NCBI GenBank assembly: GCA_964515005.1
Contig: CAZEVT010000003.1
Location: 12,815-76,814 of the forward strand
Length of the DNA: 64,000 nt
Reading direction: 5' to 3'
Source of the DNA: an uncultured Gammaproteobacteria bacterium
GTDB lineage: Bacteria; Patescibacteriota; Microgenomatia; UBA10105; UBA927
Shown one piece after another: positions 62,709 through 64,000 of this stretch. Positions within the stretch are counted from its first letter, which is position 1; the number at the start of each line of letters is the position of its first letter. The translations under genes and the position numbers were made by a program. The notes below the pieces were generated by a model that ran no database searches, was not told the origin of the DNA, and saw only the letters and a list, made by a program, of their open reading frames with translations.

Positions 62709-64000
62709 ATGTGGAGGATTTGGTCGCTATTTGCCGCTTTCGCTTTCATTTTCTTTATTATTATCTCCCGTCTCTTTTACTGGCAGATTATCGCGGGTGA
62801 CCGGCTCCGGACCGAGGCGGCGGCGCAGTACAAGCTGCAGCTGACGATTCCGGCGGCGCGCGGCACCATTGCAGACACGGGCGGCAGCCCTCTTGCTATG
62901 AACGAGGAGGCGTATCTGGTCTATGCCCAGCCCAAGGAGATTACCGATATGCTTACGTTTTCCCGTCTGGTTGCGCCAGTTCTGTCTGCTGAAGAGGCGT
63001 CTGTTTCTTCGCAGCTTTTGATTCCCGGCCGCGTCTGGGTACCTTTGGCGCATAAAATTGATAATGAGATTGCGGATGAGCTAAAAAAACTGAATCTTAC
63101 CGGCCTCGGGTTTGAACGGGAAGCAAAACGGTACTACCCCGAGGCGTCGATGGCTGCCCACTTACTGGGATTTGTGGGAGCCGACGAGATAGGGCGCGAT
63201 TTGGGATACTTTGGCCTCGAAGGCTACTATGACCGCGAGCTTCGGGGAAGAGACGGCAGCATTACGCTTGAAAAAGATGTCGCAGGCGCGGCAATTCTGG
63301 TTGGCGACACCAAACGGATTGAAGCAGAAGACGGCCGGTCACTTGTTCTCTGGACCGACCGGACGGTACAACAAATTGTCGAGAAGCGGCTGGCGGCCGG
63401 AATTCAAAAGTACGGCGCCAAGGAGGGGTCGGTGGTCGTCATGGATCCCAAAACGGGCGGGATTCTTGCCATGGCTTCCGCCCCGGGCTACGATCCGGCG
63501 GATTTCAGCGCGTTTGATAAATTGCTCTACAAAAATCCGATCGTTGCATCCGCGTATGAGCCGGGAAGTACGTTTAAAGTGCTTGTGATGAGCGCCGCGT
63601 TAAATGAGAAGGCGGTGAAGGCGGATACGAAAATGAATGAAGACGGGCCAGTGCAGGTGGGAGAATATGCCATCCGCACCTGGAATAACGAGTATCACGG
63701 GCAGCAGTCAATGACGGAAGTCATACAGCACTCATCAAACGTCGGCATGGTATTTGCCGCCCAAAAGCTCGGGAAGGACAAATTTGTGCAGTACCTCCAT
63801 GATTTCGGGATTGGAGAGGCAACGGGCATAGACCTACAGGAGGAAGGTTCACCTGAACTGCGGGATGACCGCGACTGGCGCGAAATCGATCTTGCGACTG
63901 CCGCGTTCGGTCAGGGGGTCGCGGTGACCCCTATCCAGATGGCGCGCGCGGTTGCGGCGATTGCCAATGGAGGAGCCATCATGGAGCCGCATATGGTGCG
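62709..64000 (+). CDS. ftsI: Class B penicillin-binding protein (FtsI/PBP3-like), 3'-truncated by the window edge
   Basis: Not in the ORF track. MWRIWSL...RLFYWQ, RGTI, RYYPE, GLEG.YD, MDPKTG.ILAMAS.P, YEPGSTFK (SxxK) and SSN (SxN) motifs. Confidence 0.9.
   Translation, partial: MWRIWSLFAAFAFIFFIIISRLFYWQIIAGDRLRTEAAAQYKLQLTIPAARGTIADTGGSPLAMNEEAYLVYAQPKEITDMLTFSRLVAPVLSAEEASVSSQLLIPGRVWVPLAHKIDNEIADELKKLNLTGLGFEREAKRYYPEASMAAHLLGFVGADEIGRDLGYFGLEGYYDRELRGRDGSITLEKDVAGAAILVGDTKRIEAEDGRSLVLWTDRTVQQIVEKRLAAGIQKYGAKEGSVVVMDPKTGGILAMASAPGYDPADFSAFDKLLYKNPIVASAYEPGSTFKVLVMSAALNEKAVKADTKMNEDGPVQVGEYAIRTWNNEYHGQQSMTEVIQHSSNVGMVFAAQKLGKDKFVQYLHDFGIGEATGIDLQEEGSPELRDDRDWREIDLATAAFGQGVAVTPIQMARAVAAIANGGAIMEPHMV

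Noticed and set aside
62727-63588. Short ORFs listed in the track in the last 1.3 kb
   Set aside because: They overlap the ftsI-like frame from 62709, which the track omitted because it has no stop within the window.
1-64000. Alternative genetic code (TGA=Gly, as in Gracilibacteria/SR1)
   Set aside because: TGA ends many full-length genes in ATGA overlaps, and conserved proteins are complete under code 11.

Overview
The window is a gene-dense bacterial chromosome segment (code 11). It most likely comes from a Patescibacteria/CPR organism of the Microgenomates type; this is inferred from the recO-glyQS order, the DUF4012- and DUF5667-like proteins and the many GT-C proteins. About 57.6 kb (1-57638) is one large cell-surface glycosylation locus. 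It holds ~12 multi-pass GT-C-type glycosyltransferases, ~17 soluble GT2/GT4-type glycosyltransferase ORFs, a Wzx flippase, an O-antigen-ligase/GT-C fusion and a priming phosphoglycosyl transferase. It also holds 8 SAM methyltransferases, an acyltransferase and nucleotide-sugar enzymes (Fcl, GME-like, UXS, GalE, ManC, WecB-like, DegT family). An AT-rich, strand-switching core lies at ~19.2-29.8 kb. After the locus come recO, glyQS, several small membrane/orphan genes and the start of the dcw cluster (mraZ-rsmH-ftsL-ftsI). No rRNA, tRNA, CRISPR array, transposase or integrase was recognised. The strongest non-obvious signals are: (1) a ~125-nt intergenic pseudoknot-forming RNA candidate between galE and a GT4 gene; (2) a 30-bp palindromic element found in-frame in three unrelated genes, with a compensatory base change; (3) GT-B glycosyltransferases split into separate N- and C-domain genes at the same hinge; (4) a recurring -10 box 6-7 nt before ATG, suggesting leaderless mRNAs; (5) a mosaic, AT-rich glyQS with a very long zinc-ribbon insertion; (6) an orphan gene with its own promoter, flanked by inverted repeats. 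All family assignments come from motif recognition by eye; no database searches were run.
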